Source of the DNA: an uncultured Candidatus Rokubacteria bacterium
GTDB lineage: Bacteria; Methylomirabilota; Methylomirabilia; Rokubacteriales; CSP1-6
Length of the DNA stretch: 64,000 nucleotides
Assembly (NCBI GenBank): GCA_963747235.1
Contig: CAVVEU010000029.1
Coordinates: 128,001-192,000 of the forward strand
Direction of reading: 5' to 3'
Part shown: positions 29,319 to 40,464 of the stretch, piece after piece
Position numbering within the stretch: position 1 is the stretch's first letter
Layout of the letters: every line of letters begins with the position of its first letter
Made by a program: the position numbers and the translations under genes
Notes under the pieces: model-generated
The model's database searches: none
The model's input: the letters and a program-made list of their open reading frames with translations, nothing else
What the model was told of the DNA's origin: nothing

Positions 29319-30007
29319 CTGAGCCAGCGCCCGCCCGCCGTTCCCAGCGTCCGCTCCATCGTGGCGCTCTCCCTGCCCGCGGCCGCAGCGGTCGCGGTGT
29401 TCGGCACCCTCTACGGCGCCGCGGCGCGCGTGTATCTCGGGGTTCCGCTCACGCTCGCCTCGTCGCTGCTCGTCTACTCGGGCGCGCTCCAGTTCGCGGT
29501 CGTGGCCCTGCTCGGCGCGGGCGCCTCCACGCTGCCCCTCCTGCTGACCGCGGGCGTGCTCAATCTCCGCCACCTGGTGCTCGGCGCCGCGCTGCGCTCC
29601 CGATTCGAGAGCGGGCCGCGGCGCCGGGCGCTGCTGGCCTTCTTCCTGGTGGACGAGACCTTCGGCTTCGCCATCGCGGCCGGCAATGCCGCCGAGCCAC
29701 GGGCGGTGGGCGCGGCCACCGAGCGGACGCTGCTCTACTCCGGGCTGACGCTCTACGTCGCGTGGATCGTGGGCACGGTGGTCGGGGTGCTGTTCGGCGG
29801 GCTCGCGGCGGTCGAGGGCCTGGCCGGCGCGCTCTTCCCCGTCCTCTTCATCGGCCTGGCCGCCCTCGCGGTCAGGCGGCGCTCTCACGTGGTGCGCGCG
29901 CTGGCCGCGGCGCTCCTCACCGCCGCGGTGGCCGTACTGCTGCCGGACCTGCGCATGATCGCGCCGGTCGTCGCGGGCGTGGTCGTGGCGCTGCCGGAGC
30001 GGACTGA
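29319..30007 (+). CDS. azlC: AzlC-family permease (start uncertain; probable indel at the stop)
   Basis: YSGALQF, NLRHL and FLVDETF; TGATG overlap with the next gene. Confidence 0.78.
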
Positions 30008-30300
30008 TGAGCGCGCTGGTGCTCGTCGCGATCGCGCTCATCACGTACGGCAGCCGCGCCACCGCGGTGGTGCTGCTCCCGCGCCCCGGCCCGCGCGTCG
30101 AGACGATCCTGTCGCGCATCCCGGCCGCGATCTTCGCGAGCCTCGCGACCGCCACGCTCCTCGGCGACGGCGGGGCGCCGGGGAGCGGCCCGACCCTGGC
30201 CGCCGCGGCGGGCGCGCTCCTGCTCAGCCCCGCTCGCTCGCTGCTGCTGTGCCTGATCGGCGGCGCCGTCGGCTACACGACCGCCGCCTGGCTGGGGTGA
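30007..30300 (+). CDS. azlD: AzlD-domain membrane protein
   Basis: Small hydrophobic protein after AzlC with ITY..R and IPAAIFASL. Confidence 0.72.
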   Translation: MSALVLVAIALITYGSRATAVVLLPRPGPRVETILSRIPAAIFASLATATLLGDGGAPGSGPTLAAAAGALLLSPARSLLLCLIGGAVGYTTAAWLG

Positions 30301-30309
30301 CGCGCGCCC

Positions 30310-30788
30310 TCAGCGCTTCGCCGGCCACGCCCCCATGACCTGCCGGAGGATCGCCAGCTCGCCGATGTGGTAGGTGTTGTGCTCGGAGACGATCAGCAGC
30401 TCGCGGATGTAGGTGTGCTTGGGCGCGTACGGCAATGGCGCCCCCAGGGCCACGCGGGCGCTGGCCGCGATCTTCTCGAGCGCGGCGCGATCCTTCCGGA
30501 ACTGGGCGATCGTCTTCTTCCAGGTCTTCGCGTCCGCCTCGGCGTCCGACCTGGGCCAGTAGTCGGCGGGCCAGCTCGGGTGGTGATAGTCCTCGTCCTG
30601 GATGTACTCGAGGATGTCGCGCTGGGCGATCCGCATGTGCTCGAGCAGGTGCCACGGCGTGTACGTCACGTTCGGCGGGCGGGTATTGATGTGCTTCACG
30701 GGAAGTCGGCCACCACGTCGTCGAAGGTCATGTACGACGGGCCGTGAACCAGGTTCCGCACCTCGGCGCGCACCGCGTCTTTCTTCAT
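30310..30788 (-). CDS. DinB-family protein; indel near 30700
   Basis: MKKDAVR..., PWHLLEHMRIAQ, YWP and HNTYHIG; GAGGAG RBS. Confidence 0.82.
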
Positions 30789-30810
30789 TGGGCTCCTCAC
30801 CGGGGGCTCC

Positions 30811-31116
30811 TCACGGGGACCACGTCGGCCAGGTCGGGACGGGTGGAAACGTCTTCAGCGCCTCCTTGAACGCGGTCCACAGGAACACGCTCTTCCCCAT
30901 GCCCGGTCCGATCAGGTGCGGGCCGGAGATGCCGAGCTGCCTGGTGGCTACCTTCGACGCCTCCGAGACGTCCTCGACGAGGCTGAAGGTGCCATCGGCC
31001 TGCCGGCGACTGAGGATCGGCGTCGGCACCGGCCGGGTGCCCGCGAACCCGAGCAGGTACTCGGCGCCGTCGCTGCCTTCGAAGAGAATGCCCTTCACGG
31101 TTCCCTGTGCTTTCAT
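30811..31116 (-). CDS. Small hypothetical protein (101 aa)
   Basis: GAGGAGG RBS, typical codon usage, lies directly upstream of the DinB gene. Confidence 0.6.
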   Translation of the reverse strand: MKAQGTVKGILFEGSDGAEYLLGFAGTRPVPTPILSRRQADGTFSLVEDVSEASKVATRQLGISGPHLIGPGMGKSVFLWTAFKEALKTFPPVPTWPTWSP

Positions 31117-31160
31117 CGCGCCCCTCCTCTTCTGGAGAGACTACGCGCGCGGCATCGCGG

Positions 31161-31188
31161 TTGACAAGGTCGGCTCCAGGTCTAGACT
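31161..31188 (+). promoter_or_regulatory. Sigma70-type promoter TTGACA-N16-TAGACT
   Basis: Consensus -35 and near-consensus -10, upstream of the AGGAGG RBS and ATG 31213. Confidence 0.6.
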
Positions 31189-31212
31189 CGGGCCCCAGGA
31201 GGTCGCCGCCAC

Positions 31213-32679
31213 ATGACGAACGGGAACCCCTACGCCTTCCACGTCCGGCCCGACATGCGGCAGGGCCTGGCGTCCGAGCTGCCCTTGCCGACCCGGCTCG
31301 TCTCCAATGAGGAGTTCCCGCCCCTGCCCGCAGACGGCCGCACAGCGCCGGGTCGAGCACCGCATCCTCGCCGACGCGGCGCGGCTCGCTCCACGGCTCG
31401 GGCTGAGCCGCCGCGACTTCCTGCGCACGAGCGGCGGGATGGCGACGTCGCTGCTGGCCATGAACGCGGTGTTCGGGCGCTTCTTCGACGTGCTGCCGGT
31501 CGAGGCCGCCGAGCCCTCCGCGTTCAAGGCGCGCACGGGCGATCGCGTTCTTCATCTTCGACGTGCAGCTCCACTACGTGGGCGCGGGCTACGATCCGAG
31601 CAATGAAGAGGCCGCGCGCCGGGGCGTGTCGAAGACCGCGCTGCTCGGGCTCCGCCAGAACTCGCGGCGGCTCAACCCGAAGCTGGCCTCGGACCAGGGC
31701 ACGCTCGCCGATCTGGCCTGGGCCAACATGGTCAAGGAAGTGTTCCTCGACAGCGAGACCGACATCGGGCTGATCTCGACGCCGCCGGGCCCGTATCCGC
31801 AGGAAGCCGTCGTGCCGCCCAGGGAGATGACCCACATCCGCGACGAGATCAACCGGGTCACCCAGTCGCGCCGGATGCTGGCCCACGGGCTCATCACGCC
31901 GCAGCTCGGCCAGGCCGATCTCGACTTCATGGACCAGCAGGCCGCCACGCTGAAGGTGGACGCCTGGAAGGGCTACACCGGCGCCGCGCCCAAGGGCTTC
32001 GACCGCGGCTGGTTCGTGGACGACGAGAAGATCGCCTACCCGATGCTCGAGCGGGCGCGCAAGCTCGGGGATCAAGCGGATCTGCCTGCACAAGGGGCTG
32101 CCGCTCGGCCCGGTCGCCGACTACAACCACCCGCGCGACGTGATCAAGGCCGCGCGCGACTTCCCGGATCTGGACTTCGTGCTCTACCACGCCGGGCTGC
32201 TCACCGTGCCGCGCACCGGGTCCGCCGACGTGCCGTGGACCACCGAGTTCTGCCAGATGCGGAAGAAGGAGCCGGCGCTCACCAACATCTACATGGAGCT
32301 GGGCTCCACCTTCGGCCAGCTCGCCACCACGAACCCGACCGCGTGCGCGCATCTCCTGGGCCAGGTCATCGACGCCTTCGGCGCCGATCACGTGCTGTGG
32401 GGCACCGACTCCATCTGGTACGGGTCGCCCCAGTGGCAGATCGAGGCCTTCCGCCGCTTCGAGATCCCGCAGGCGCTGGTGGACGCCCACGGCTACAAGC
32501 CGCTCACGCGTCAGGTCAAGGAGCAGATCTTCGGCCTCAACGCCGCGCGCCTCTTCAACGTGGACGTCAACGCCAAGCGCAACGAGCTCCCCAAGGACTA
32601 CCTGACGCGAATCAAGATGAGCTACCTCGACGAAGGCCCGAGGCCCAGCAACCGCTTCTACGGCTGGGTCGCCGGCTAG
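31213..32679 (+). CDS. Amidohydrolase family protein with an internal twin-arginine motif; about 3 indels
   Basis: PTRLVSNEEF, LSRRDFL, FDVQLH, CLHKG and LWGTDSIWYGSPQ, spread across frames. Confidence 0.8.
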
Positions 32680-32721
32680 CCCTCCACCCTCTCCCCTCCG
32701 GGGAGAGGGCAGGGTGAGGGG
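32680..32721. repeat. BoxC/REP-like palindromic repeat, copy 3 (between convergent genes)
   Basis: CCCTCTCCCC-tcc-GGGGAGAGGG followed by CAGGGTGAGGGG. Confidence 0.85.
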
Positions 32722-32725
32722 TCGG

Positions 32726-33847
32726 CTAGACGTAGACGCGGGGGATGCGGGTGTTGAGGTTGGTGAGGACCTCGTAGGGGATGGTGCCGGCCCACTCGGC
32801 CAGGTGCTCGCAGGTGATGAGCTCGTCGCCGTCGGCGCCGAGCAGCGTGACCACGTCGCCGTTGTAGGCGGTCTCCCATTCGAGATTGACCATGATCTGG
32901 TCCATGCAGACGCGGCCCACCACCGGGTATTTCTTGCCGCGGATCAGCACGTGGGCCACGTTGGAGAGCGCGCGGAAGTAGCCGTCGCCGTAGCCCACCG
33001 GCACCGTCACCACGCGCACCGGGTGGTCGGACTGCCACGTGGAGCCGTAGCTCACCGGGTGGCCGGGCGTGACGACCTTGAAGTAGACCACGCGCGAGCG
33101 CAGCGACAGCGCCGGGCTTCACCTGGATGGTCTGCCGCACCTCGATGGACGGGTAGACGCCGTAGAGCAGGATGCCCGGCCGCACCAGGTCGAGGTGGCT
33201 CTCGCGGAGCTGGAGCACCGCGCCGGAGTTGGCCATGTGGCGCGACCGGCGGCGGCACGCCCTGCTTGTCGTACCACTCGAGCACCTCGAGGAAGCGCGC
33301 GAGCTGCAGCCGCGCCGAGGCGAGGTCCGCCGCGTCCGCGTTGGCGAAGTGCGAGTAGATGCCCTCCACCCGCACGCGCGCGGCAGTCCGCCGCCCGCTC
33401 GAGCAGTCCGCGCGCGTTGTAGTAGTGCACGCCGATCCGCTCCATGCCGGTGTCGATCTTGAGGTGCACGGTCGCGGTGACGCCCATGCCGCCCGCGATC
33501 GCGTCGATCTGCTTGAGCTTGTCGATGGACGACGCGGTCAGGGTGAGCCCGTGGCGCAGGAAGATCGGGATCTGGTCGCCGAAGATGCCGCCCATGACCA
33601 GGATGGGCACGGTGACGCCGACCTCGCGCAGCGCCACCGCCTCTTCCAGGAAGGCCACGCCCAGGGACCGCGCCCCGAGCGCGACCAGGTGCCGGGCCAC
33701 GGGCACGAGCCCGTGGCCGTAGGCATTGGCCTTGACGATCGGCATCACCGCGGCCGGCGCGACCGCCGCCTGGATCGCGCGATAGTTCTCGGCGAGACGG
33801 GCGAGGCTGATCTCGACGACCGTCGGCCGCAGTGAGCCGGTGTCCAC
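32726..33847 (-). CDS. alr: Alanine racemase; about 3 indels
   Basis: VKANAYGHG (PLP Lys), HLKIDTGMERIG, SHFA, ANSG, VRPGI, VSYG, GYGDG and GRVCMDQ. Confidence 0.92.
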
Positions 33848-33850
33848 CGT

Positions 33851-34937
33851 TTACTTGGGTACCATGCCCTTGAAGCGGGGCATGACCTCCTTCGAGAGCA
33901 ATTCCATCGAGTGCTGCCAGGCCTTCGGGTTCTCGCTGTAGTCGAAGCAGAAGACCAGCAGCGTGCCGAAGCCGCCCACTTCCTCGTAGAGGTGGTTGAG
34001 CTTGTCGGACACGGTGGCGGGCGAGCCGATGAGCCAGTTGTGCTTGGCGCAGTACTCCGGCGTCACGTCCGAGTCCGGCACCGAGGGATCGTGCTTGAGG
34101 TACTCGGTGAAGCCGAACGCGGCCAGCAGCGGCAGGAAGTACTCGGTCATCATGCGGCCCATCATGCCGCCCGCGGAGAGGCGCATCGCCTCCGCGTCGG
34201 TGTCGGCCACGAAGACCTCGCGGACCATGCGCCAGTCCGAGCGCTTGGCCGTGCGCTTGCCGCGCGCCGCGCCCTCTTCCACCGCGTCCCAGTGGCTACT
34301 GACAGTAGCCCGGGTTCAGGTTGAGGCTCATGGGCCAGAACCCGCGCTCGCCCGCGAGCTTGAGCGTGTCCGAGCCCTTGCTGAGCCCGGCGACGCCGAT
34401 CGGGGGGTGCGGCTTCTGGAACGGGAAGATGTGCGGGCGCAGCGTGCCGAACATCGTCCCGGTCTTGGTCACGTGCCAGTACTTGCCCTTGTAGTCGAAC
34501 TCGGGCTCGTCGCTCCAGAGGCGCAGGATGATGTCGAGGGACTCGCGCGTCATCTCCCGGTTCTGCCCCGACATGCCGTCCACGTTGAACATGGACCAGT
34601 CGCTCGGCAGCCCGCTCGCGGCCACCCCGAAGTTGAGCCGGCCCTGCGCCAGGTGATCGAGCATCGCGACCCGGTTGGCCAGCTCGGCCGGGTGGTGATA
34701 CGGCATCAGGAAGCCGCCGGGGCCGATGCGCATGCGCTTGGTCTGCATCAGCGCCTGGGCCACCAGCAGGTCCGGCGAGGGATGCGGCTCCCACGGCGCG
34801 GTGTGGTGCTCCCCGATCCAGGCCTCGCTGAAACCCATCTCGTCCGCCCAGCGAAGCTGCTGGAGATCCCACTGGTGCCCGTCGAAGAGCTTCCGCTCGG
34901 GCGGGTGCGACGGCATCGTGAACAGTCCGTAGTCCAT
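33851..34937 (-). CDS. LLM-class flavin-dependent oxidoreductase; indel near 34297
   Basis: GLFTMPSHPP, EAWIGEHH, HHPAELA, PFQKPHPPI and EVMP. Confidence 0.87.
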
Positions 34938-34949
34938 GAGCGTACCTCC

Positions 34950-36423
34950 TTACAGATCCTGCTCGAAGGGGTAGAGCGGCCGCCGGCGGTTCCGGTAGGT
35001 GAAGATCTCCAGATTCGAGCTGGTCACGCCGTCGCCGTCGCAGAGGACGATGTGCCGGGCGATCGGCTCGAAGCCGGCCCGGAAATGCTGGCGTGACTTG
35101 ATCAGCACGTACTTCTTGCGGCGCGGGTCGATCCCGCAGTGGGTGAAGACGCCGGTGTCGAAGGGCTCGCTGCGGCCCTCCGACACGACGATCTGCATGG
35201 CCCCGGTGTCGAGCACGGCGGTCCTGCCCATCCGCACGCGCGTGCCGGTGGCCATCGGCCCGGTGACGGTGAACTCCCCGTCGGTGATGCGCGTGACTTT
35301 CCCCGTCACGCTCAGCGGCCTGCCGGTGAGGTTGATCTGCGGCATGTCGATGCGCCCGCCCAGCGGCAGCGTGACGCCGGCCGCGGTGCCCGCTTCCACG
35401 AGGCGCCGCACGCCCGCCGGGTCGCAGATGGGCCCGGCCACCACGTCGGTCAGCCCCTGGCGCATGACTTCTTCGATGACGCTCATCACGTCCTGGGTGC
35501 CGCCGGAGGCGGTGTTGTCGCCGTGGTCGACCAAAACGATCGGTCCTTCGCTCAGCGAGCGGGCGTGGGCGACCTGGCCGGCCAGCGGGGCGCCGTTGTA
35601 GAGGTAGTCCGCCCGTCGCTCCCAGGCCATCGCGAGCAGCCGGTCCCGCAGCGCCCGGCCCGCCTCGGGGCGACGATCGCACACGATGACGGCGGACAGC
35701 GAGATGTGCGGGATGTCCGAGTGCGGGAAGCCGCCGAACACCGACGCGTTGAGCACCGCGCCGGAGGCCTCCGCCGCCATCGCCATGTCCATGACGTCCT
35801 TCATGGGCTGGCGCGACGGGGTGTGGACCAGGGTGCTCGTCATCATGGGGAGCGACCCCCACACCATCACCGGCTCGATCTCCCCGCGCAGCGCCCGCAT
35901 CATGGTGCGCCCCGCGCGCTCGCCGGTGTCGCCCATGTCCACGTGGGGATAGGTGCAGTAGCCCGCGATGACGTTGGCGTTGTCCACCATCGCGGCGGTC
36001 ATGTGCGAGTGGAAGTCGAGCCCCACCGCGATCGGCACCGTCGGCGCCACCGCGCGGATGCGCCGCAGCAGCTCGCCCTCGCCGTCGTCCACGTGCTCGG
36101 CCACCATCGCCCCGTGGAGGGCCAGGAACACCGCGTCGCAGCCGCCCGCGCACCGCGCCCACGATGGACTCGACCATGTCCTCGTACGCCGCCCGCTCCA
36201 CGTACCCGGACGGGTGCGCCCCGCCCGCCACCGGCAGGACGATCTCCGCGCCGGCCTGCTGGGCCACGTGGAGGAACCCGCCGAGCTGGGTATTGGTGTC
36301 CTTGAACTCCGCGATCGCGGCCTCGCCCTGGAGCGGGCGGAACGACGCGAGCGGGGTGGGCACCGGCGAGAAGGTGTTGGTCTCGTGCATCATCATCGCG
36401 AGGACGAGCTTGAGGCGGGCCAT
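34950..36423 (-). CDS. M81-family metallopeptidase (MlrC-like); indel near 36145
   Basis: HETNTFS, LALHGAM, DGEG, LDFH, TYPHVD and KSRQHF. Confidence 0.9.
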
Positions 36424-36432
36424 GCCGGGAGC

Positions 36433-36439
36433 ATACTAT
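36433..36439. promoter_or_regulatory. Overlapping bidirectional -10 elements (TACTAT on +, TAGTAT on -)
   Basis: The only AT-rich word in a 26-bp divergent intergenic gap, 9-10 nt from each ATG. Confidence 0.45.
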
Positions 36440-36449
36440 CGCCCGGGAG

Positions 36450-37691
36450 ATGACGCACCTGTACTTCACCGGCTTCGACTGTCTCGGGTGCCGCGCCGCG
36501 TACGCGCCGGACCAGGATCTGCTCCTCTGCCCGCGCTGCCACCAGCTCCTCGAGGCCCGCTACGATCTCGCCCGCTTCGGCCGCGAGGTGGACCGCGACG
36601 CGCTCGCCCGGCGGCCCGCCGGCGTCTGGCGCTGGCGGGAGCTGCTGCCCGTGCTCGACCCGGCGCGCATCGTGACGCTGGGCGAGGGCGGCACCCCGTT
36701 CCTGCGCTCGGAGCGGATCGCCCAGGCCTGCGGGGTGCGCGAGCTCTGGCTCAAGTCCGACGCCGCCAATCCCACCGGCTCGCTCAAGGACCGCTCGATC
36801 ACGGTGTCGGCGACCAAGGCGATGGAGTTCGGCTACGACGTGCTGGCCTGCGACTCCACCGGCAACAAGGCCTCGTCCACCGCGGCCTATGCCGCGCGCG
36901 CCGGGCTGCGCAGCGTGGTGTTCTGCCCGAAGGACACGCCGTCCCCGAAGATGGCGCAGGCCGTCTTCTTCGGCGCCCGGCTCATCCGCGTGGACGGCCA
37001 CTACTCGCAGATCAACGCGATGTACCGGAAGCTGATCGGCAGCGGGCGCGTCAAGTGGTACGACTGCGGCACCGACAACCCGTTCCGCTACGAGGGCAAG
37101 AAGACCTACGCCTACGAGATCGCCCAGGATCTCGGCTGGCAGGTCCCCGATCGGGTGCTGCACCCGTGCGCCGGCGGTATGTCGCTCGTGAAGACGTGGA
37201 AGGGCTTCAACGAGCTGCGGACGCTCGGCTGGACCGACCGGCTCCCCAAGATGACCGCGGTGCAGGCCGCCCGCTGCGCGCCCATCGTGGAGTCGTGGAA
37301 GAAGGGCCTCCCGCGCGTGGAGCCGGTGGAGAAGCAGCCCACGATCGCCAGCGCGCTGGCCGCGGCCGACCCGGGGCTGCTGGGCGACCAGACGCTCCTG
37401 GCCGTGCGCGCCTCGGACGGCGACGCGCTCGCGGTGGAAGAGGCCGAGATCATCGAGGCGGTGCGCCTGCTCGCCCAGGAAGGCCTCATGATCGAGCCGA
37501 GCGGCGCGGTCACCGTCGCCGCGGTGCGCCGGGGCGTGCGGGACGGCCTCATCGACCGCGGCGAGTCGGTGGTCTGCGTGCTCACCGGCTCCGGCTTCAA
37601 GGACTTCGACCGCATCCTCGACCTGGTCGACATCCCTCGTAACGTCGTGTCCGGCTACGACGCCATGCTGGCCGAGGCGGAGAGGATCTGA
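36450..37691 (+). CDS. Threonine synthase-like PLP enzyme (fold type II)
   Basis: N-terminal CxxC..CxxC, TLGEGGTP, NPTGSLKDR, STGN, EGKKT, EPSGA and LTGSGFK. Confidence 0.85.
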   Translation: MTHLYFTGFDCLGCRAAYAPDQDLLLCPRCHQLLEARYDLARFGREVDRDALARRPAGVWRWRELLPVLDPARIVTLGEGGTPFLRSERIAQACGVRELWLKSDAANPTGSLKDRSITVSATKAMEFGYDVLACDSTGNKASSTAAYAARAGLRSVVFCPKDTPSPKMAQAVFFGARLIRVDGHYSQINAMYRKLIGSGRVKWYDCGTDNPFRYEGKKTYAYEIAQDLGWQVPDRVLHPCAGGMSLVKTWKGFNELRTLGWTDRLPKMTAVQAARCAPIVESWKKGLPRVEPVEKQPTIASALAAADPGLLGDQTLLAVRASDGDALAVEEAEIIEAVRLLAQEGLMIEPSGAVTVAAVRRGVRDGLIDRGESVVCVLTGSGFKDFDRILDLVDIPRNVVSGYDAMLAEAERI

Positions 37692-37696
37692 CGCCG

Positions 37697-38167
37697 GTGC
37701 CCGACGCGATGCGGATCGAGAAGAAGCTCGCCGCCCTGGGCCTCGAGCTGCCGCAGCAACCGGTGCCGGTCGGCAACTACCTGCCCGCCGCGCGCGCCGG
37801 GAACCTCGTCTTCACCTCCGGGCAGACCGCCCGCATCAACGGGGTGCGCCGCTACGTGGGGGTGGTCGGCCAGGAGGTGAGCCAGGCGGACGCCTACCTC
37901 TCGGCGCGCGACGCGACGCTCAACTGCCTGGCCTGCGTGAAGCAGGCGGTCGGCTCGCTCGACCGGGTGAAGCGCGTGGTCAAGGTGATGGGCTTCGTGA
38001 ACGCGGGGCGCGAGTTCGACCACCAGCCCGCCGCCATCAACGGGGCGTCCGATCTGCTCGAGCAGCTCTTCGGCGAGGCGGGGCGCCACGCCCGCAGCGC
38101 GATCGGGCTGTCCTCCCTGCCGTCCAACGTCTCGGTCGAGATCGAGCTGATCGTGGAGGTGCGATAG
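37697..38167 (+). CDS. RidA/YjgF-family protein
   Basis: GNY, TSGQ, NGASDL, HARSA and VEIE. Confidence 0.92.
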   Translation: MPDAMRIEKKLAALGLELPQQPVPVGNYLPAARAGNLVFTSGQTARINGVRRYVGVVGQEVSQADAYLSARDATLNCLACVKQAVGSLDRVKRVVKVMGFVNAGREFDHQPAAINGASDLLEQLFGEAGRHARSAIGLSSLPSNVSVEIELIVEVR

Positions 38168-39254
38168 ATGCGCGCAGCCGTGATGCGGAACAAGCGACTC
38201 GTCGTCACCGATCTGGCCCAGCCCGATCCGGGGCCGGGCGAGGTGCTGGTCAAGACCCTCGCCTGCGGGATCTGCGGCTCCGATCTCCACGCGCTCCGGC
38301 ACGCCGAGCAGTTCGTGGCGGCCTCGCGCCGCGCGGGCAGCGTCTTCACCATGGATCTCGCGCGCGACGTGGTGATGGGCCACGAGTTCTGCGCCGAGGT
38401 CGTCGAGCTACGGGCCCGCGACGACCCGGGCGCTCCGGATCGGCGCGCGCGTCTGCTCCCGCCCGAGCCTGATCCGCGCCGACGGCCCGCGCACGGTGGG
38501 CTACTCCAACGACACGCCGGGCGGCTTTGCTCAGTACATGCGGCTCACCGAGGCGCTGCTGCTCCCGGTGCCGAACGGGCTCGTCACCGAGCACGCCACG
38601 CTCACCGAGCCGATGGCGGTGGGCCTCCACGCGGTGGCCAAGGCGCGCCTCGAGCCCGACGACGCCCCGCTCGTGATCGGCTGCGGCCCGGTGGGCCTGG
38701 CCGTGATCGCGGCGCTGCGCCTGCACGGCGCGCGGCCCATCGTGGCCGCGGACTTCTCGGCCCGCCGCCGCGAGCTGGCGATCGCGCTGGGCGCCGATCT
38801 GGTGGTGGATCCCGCGACGACCACCCCGTGGCAGAGCTGGCGCGAGGCCGCGGTCTGGCCCGACGCGAGCCGCGCGCCGCTCCTGCCGCCCTGGATCAAG
38901 GGCCCGGCGGTACGCCCGGCCGTCGTCTTCGAGTGCGTGGGCGTGCCGGGCGTGCTCGACCAGATCATGGCCGCCTCGCCGCGCGGTACGCGCATCGTCG
39001 TGGTCGGCGTGTGCATGGAGGCCGACACGATCTACCCGATGCTCGGCATCAGCAAGGAGCTGAACCTCCAGTTCGTGCTGGGCTACACCCCGGACGAGTT
39101 CGCGGCCACGCTCGACCACATCGCGGAGGGCCGCATCCCGGTCGCGCCGCTCATCACCGGCAAGGTGGGTGTGGAAGGCGTGGCCGGCGCGTTCGAGGCC
39201 CTCGCCTCACCCGAGCGCCACGCCAAGATCCTCGTCGAGCCCTGGCGGGCTTGA
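38168..39254 (+). CDS. Zinc-binding dehydrogenase (MDR); indel near 38410
   Basis: CGICGSDLH, GHE, TEPMAV and GCGPVG. Confidence 0.88.
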
Positions 39255-40450
39255 CGACCTTCGCGGCGCTCCGGGAGCGCAACTACCGCTTCTACTGGGT
39301 CGGGCTCGTGTTCTACGTGCTCGGGCACCGCGCCGAGTACGTGACGTTCGCCTGGCTGGTCTGGGAAGCGACCCACGACGCGCTCCACCTGGGCTATCTC
39401 GGGCTCGCCCAGGGCGTTCCGCTCGTCGTCTTCCAGCTCTGGGGCGGCGTGCTCGCCGATCGGGTGAACCGGCTGCGCCTGCTGCTCGCCACCCAGGTGC
39501 TCACGACGCTGACCCTGCTGGCCGCCTTCACGCTCTCCGCGCTGGGCGCGATCCGCGTCGAGCACCTCCTGGCCCTGGCCGCGCTCAGCAATACCTTTCG
39601 CGCCTTCGACGAGCCCACCCGCATGTCCATGGTGCCGCAGATGGTCGGGCGCGAGCGGCTGGCCAACGCGATCGCGCTCGGCTCCATCCCCTGGCAGGCC
39701 GGCCGCATGATCGGCCCCTCCATCACCGGCATCCTGATCGCGGCCTTCGGCGGCACCGTCGGCCTCGCCATCGCGGCGGTCGCCTCGGGGATGGCGCTCG
39801 CGATGTACGCGCGGCTGCACGTGGACGCGCGGTCGGCCGCGGCGCCCGCCGGGCACATGGGCACCCAGCTCGTCGAGGGGCTGAGCTTCGTCCGCCACAA
39901 CTTCGTGTTCGCGGCGCTGATCTGCCTGGCCCTCTTCAACGCGGTCTTCGGCCTCTCCTACGTCACGCTGCTGCCGATCTACGCCGACGTGTACTTCCAG
40001 GCCGGCTCCACCGGCTTCGGCCTGCTCAATGCCGCGCACGGCACCGGCGCGCTCGTGGGCACCCTGATCGTGGCCTACCTGGCCGCGCGCTTCCGTCGCC
40101 GCGGCCTCATCATCCTGGTCGGCGCGGCGGGCATGGGCCTGGGCCTGGCGATCTTCTCGCAGTCGCCCGGCCTCGGCCTGGCCCTGCCGATGCTGGCCCT
40201 GGTCGGCTTCAGCAACACGTTCTATCTCACGCAGGTGAGCACGCATCTCCAGCAGGCGGTGCCCGATCACCTGCGCGGCCGCGTGATGAGCCTCTACGCG
40301 CTCTGCTGGAACCTGCTGCCGCTCGGCGGCCTGCTGGGCGGCGTCCTCGCGGCCGCGGTGAACGCCCGCTTCGCGGTGCTGGTGGGCGGCGCGATGGTCG
40401 CGGCCAACGCGCTCGTCCTGCTCGCGTCCCGCCGGCTCCGGCTGCTATAA
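39251..40450 (+). CDS. MFS transporter (DUF894/MFS_3-like)
   Basis: TTG start overlapping the upstream TGA; RNYRFYW, GVLADRVNR and LRGRVMS; about 12 hydrophobic segments. Confidence 0.85.
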   Translation: MTTFAALRERNYRFYWVGLVFYVLGHRAEYVTFAWLVWEATHDALHLGYLGLAQGVPLVVFQLWGGVLADRVNRLRLLLATQVLTTLTLLAAFTLSALGAIRVEHLLALAALSNTFRAFDEPTRMSMVPQMVGRERLANAIALGSIPWQAGRMIGPSITGILIAAFGGTVGLAIAAVASGMALAMYARLHVDARSAAAPAGHMGTQLVEGLSFVRHNFVFAALICLALFNAVFGLSYVTLLPIYADVYFQAGSTGFGLLNAAHGTGALVGTLIVAYLAARFRRRGLIILVGAAGMGLGLAIFSQSPGLGLALPMLALVGFSNTFYLTQVSTHLQQAVPDHLRGRVMSLYALCWNLLPLGGLLGGVLAAAVNARFAVLVGGAMVAANALVLLASRRLRLL

Positions 40451-40451
40451 T
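40443..40451 (+). promoter_or_regulatory. Extended -10 promoter TGcTATAAT overlapping the upstream stop codon
   Basis: Perfect consensus 13 nt before ATG 40465, which has no SD sequence. Confidence 0.55.
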
Positions 40452-40464
40452 CGCGGGCACGCTC

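Noticed and set aside
28065-30338. Apparent 757-aa CoA-transferase-AzlC fusion
   Set aside because: An indel near 29247 bypasses the natural end (EELRARAVI*, TGA 29293-29295).
32726-33847. alr and other split genes as pseudogenes or programmed frameshifts
   Set aside because: All catalytic motifs are intact, no slippery-site pattern is evident, and breaks occur throughout the window, so sequencing error is more parsimonious.
34290-34310. Early stop in the LLM gene (…PGYCQ*) as a second recoding site
   Set aside because: The downstream half is in a different frame, so this is an indel and not in-frame readthrough.
38168-40450. Apparent 760-aa dehydrogenase-MFS fusion
   Set aside because: A frameshift near 38410; the dehydrogenase ends at 39254 in another frame.
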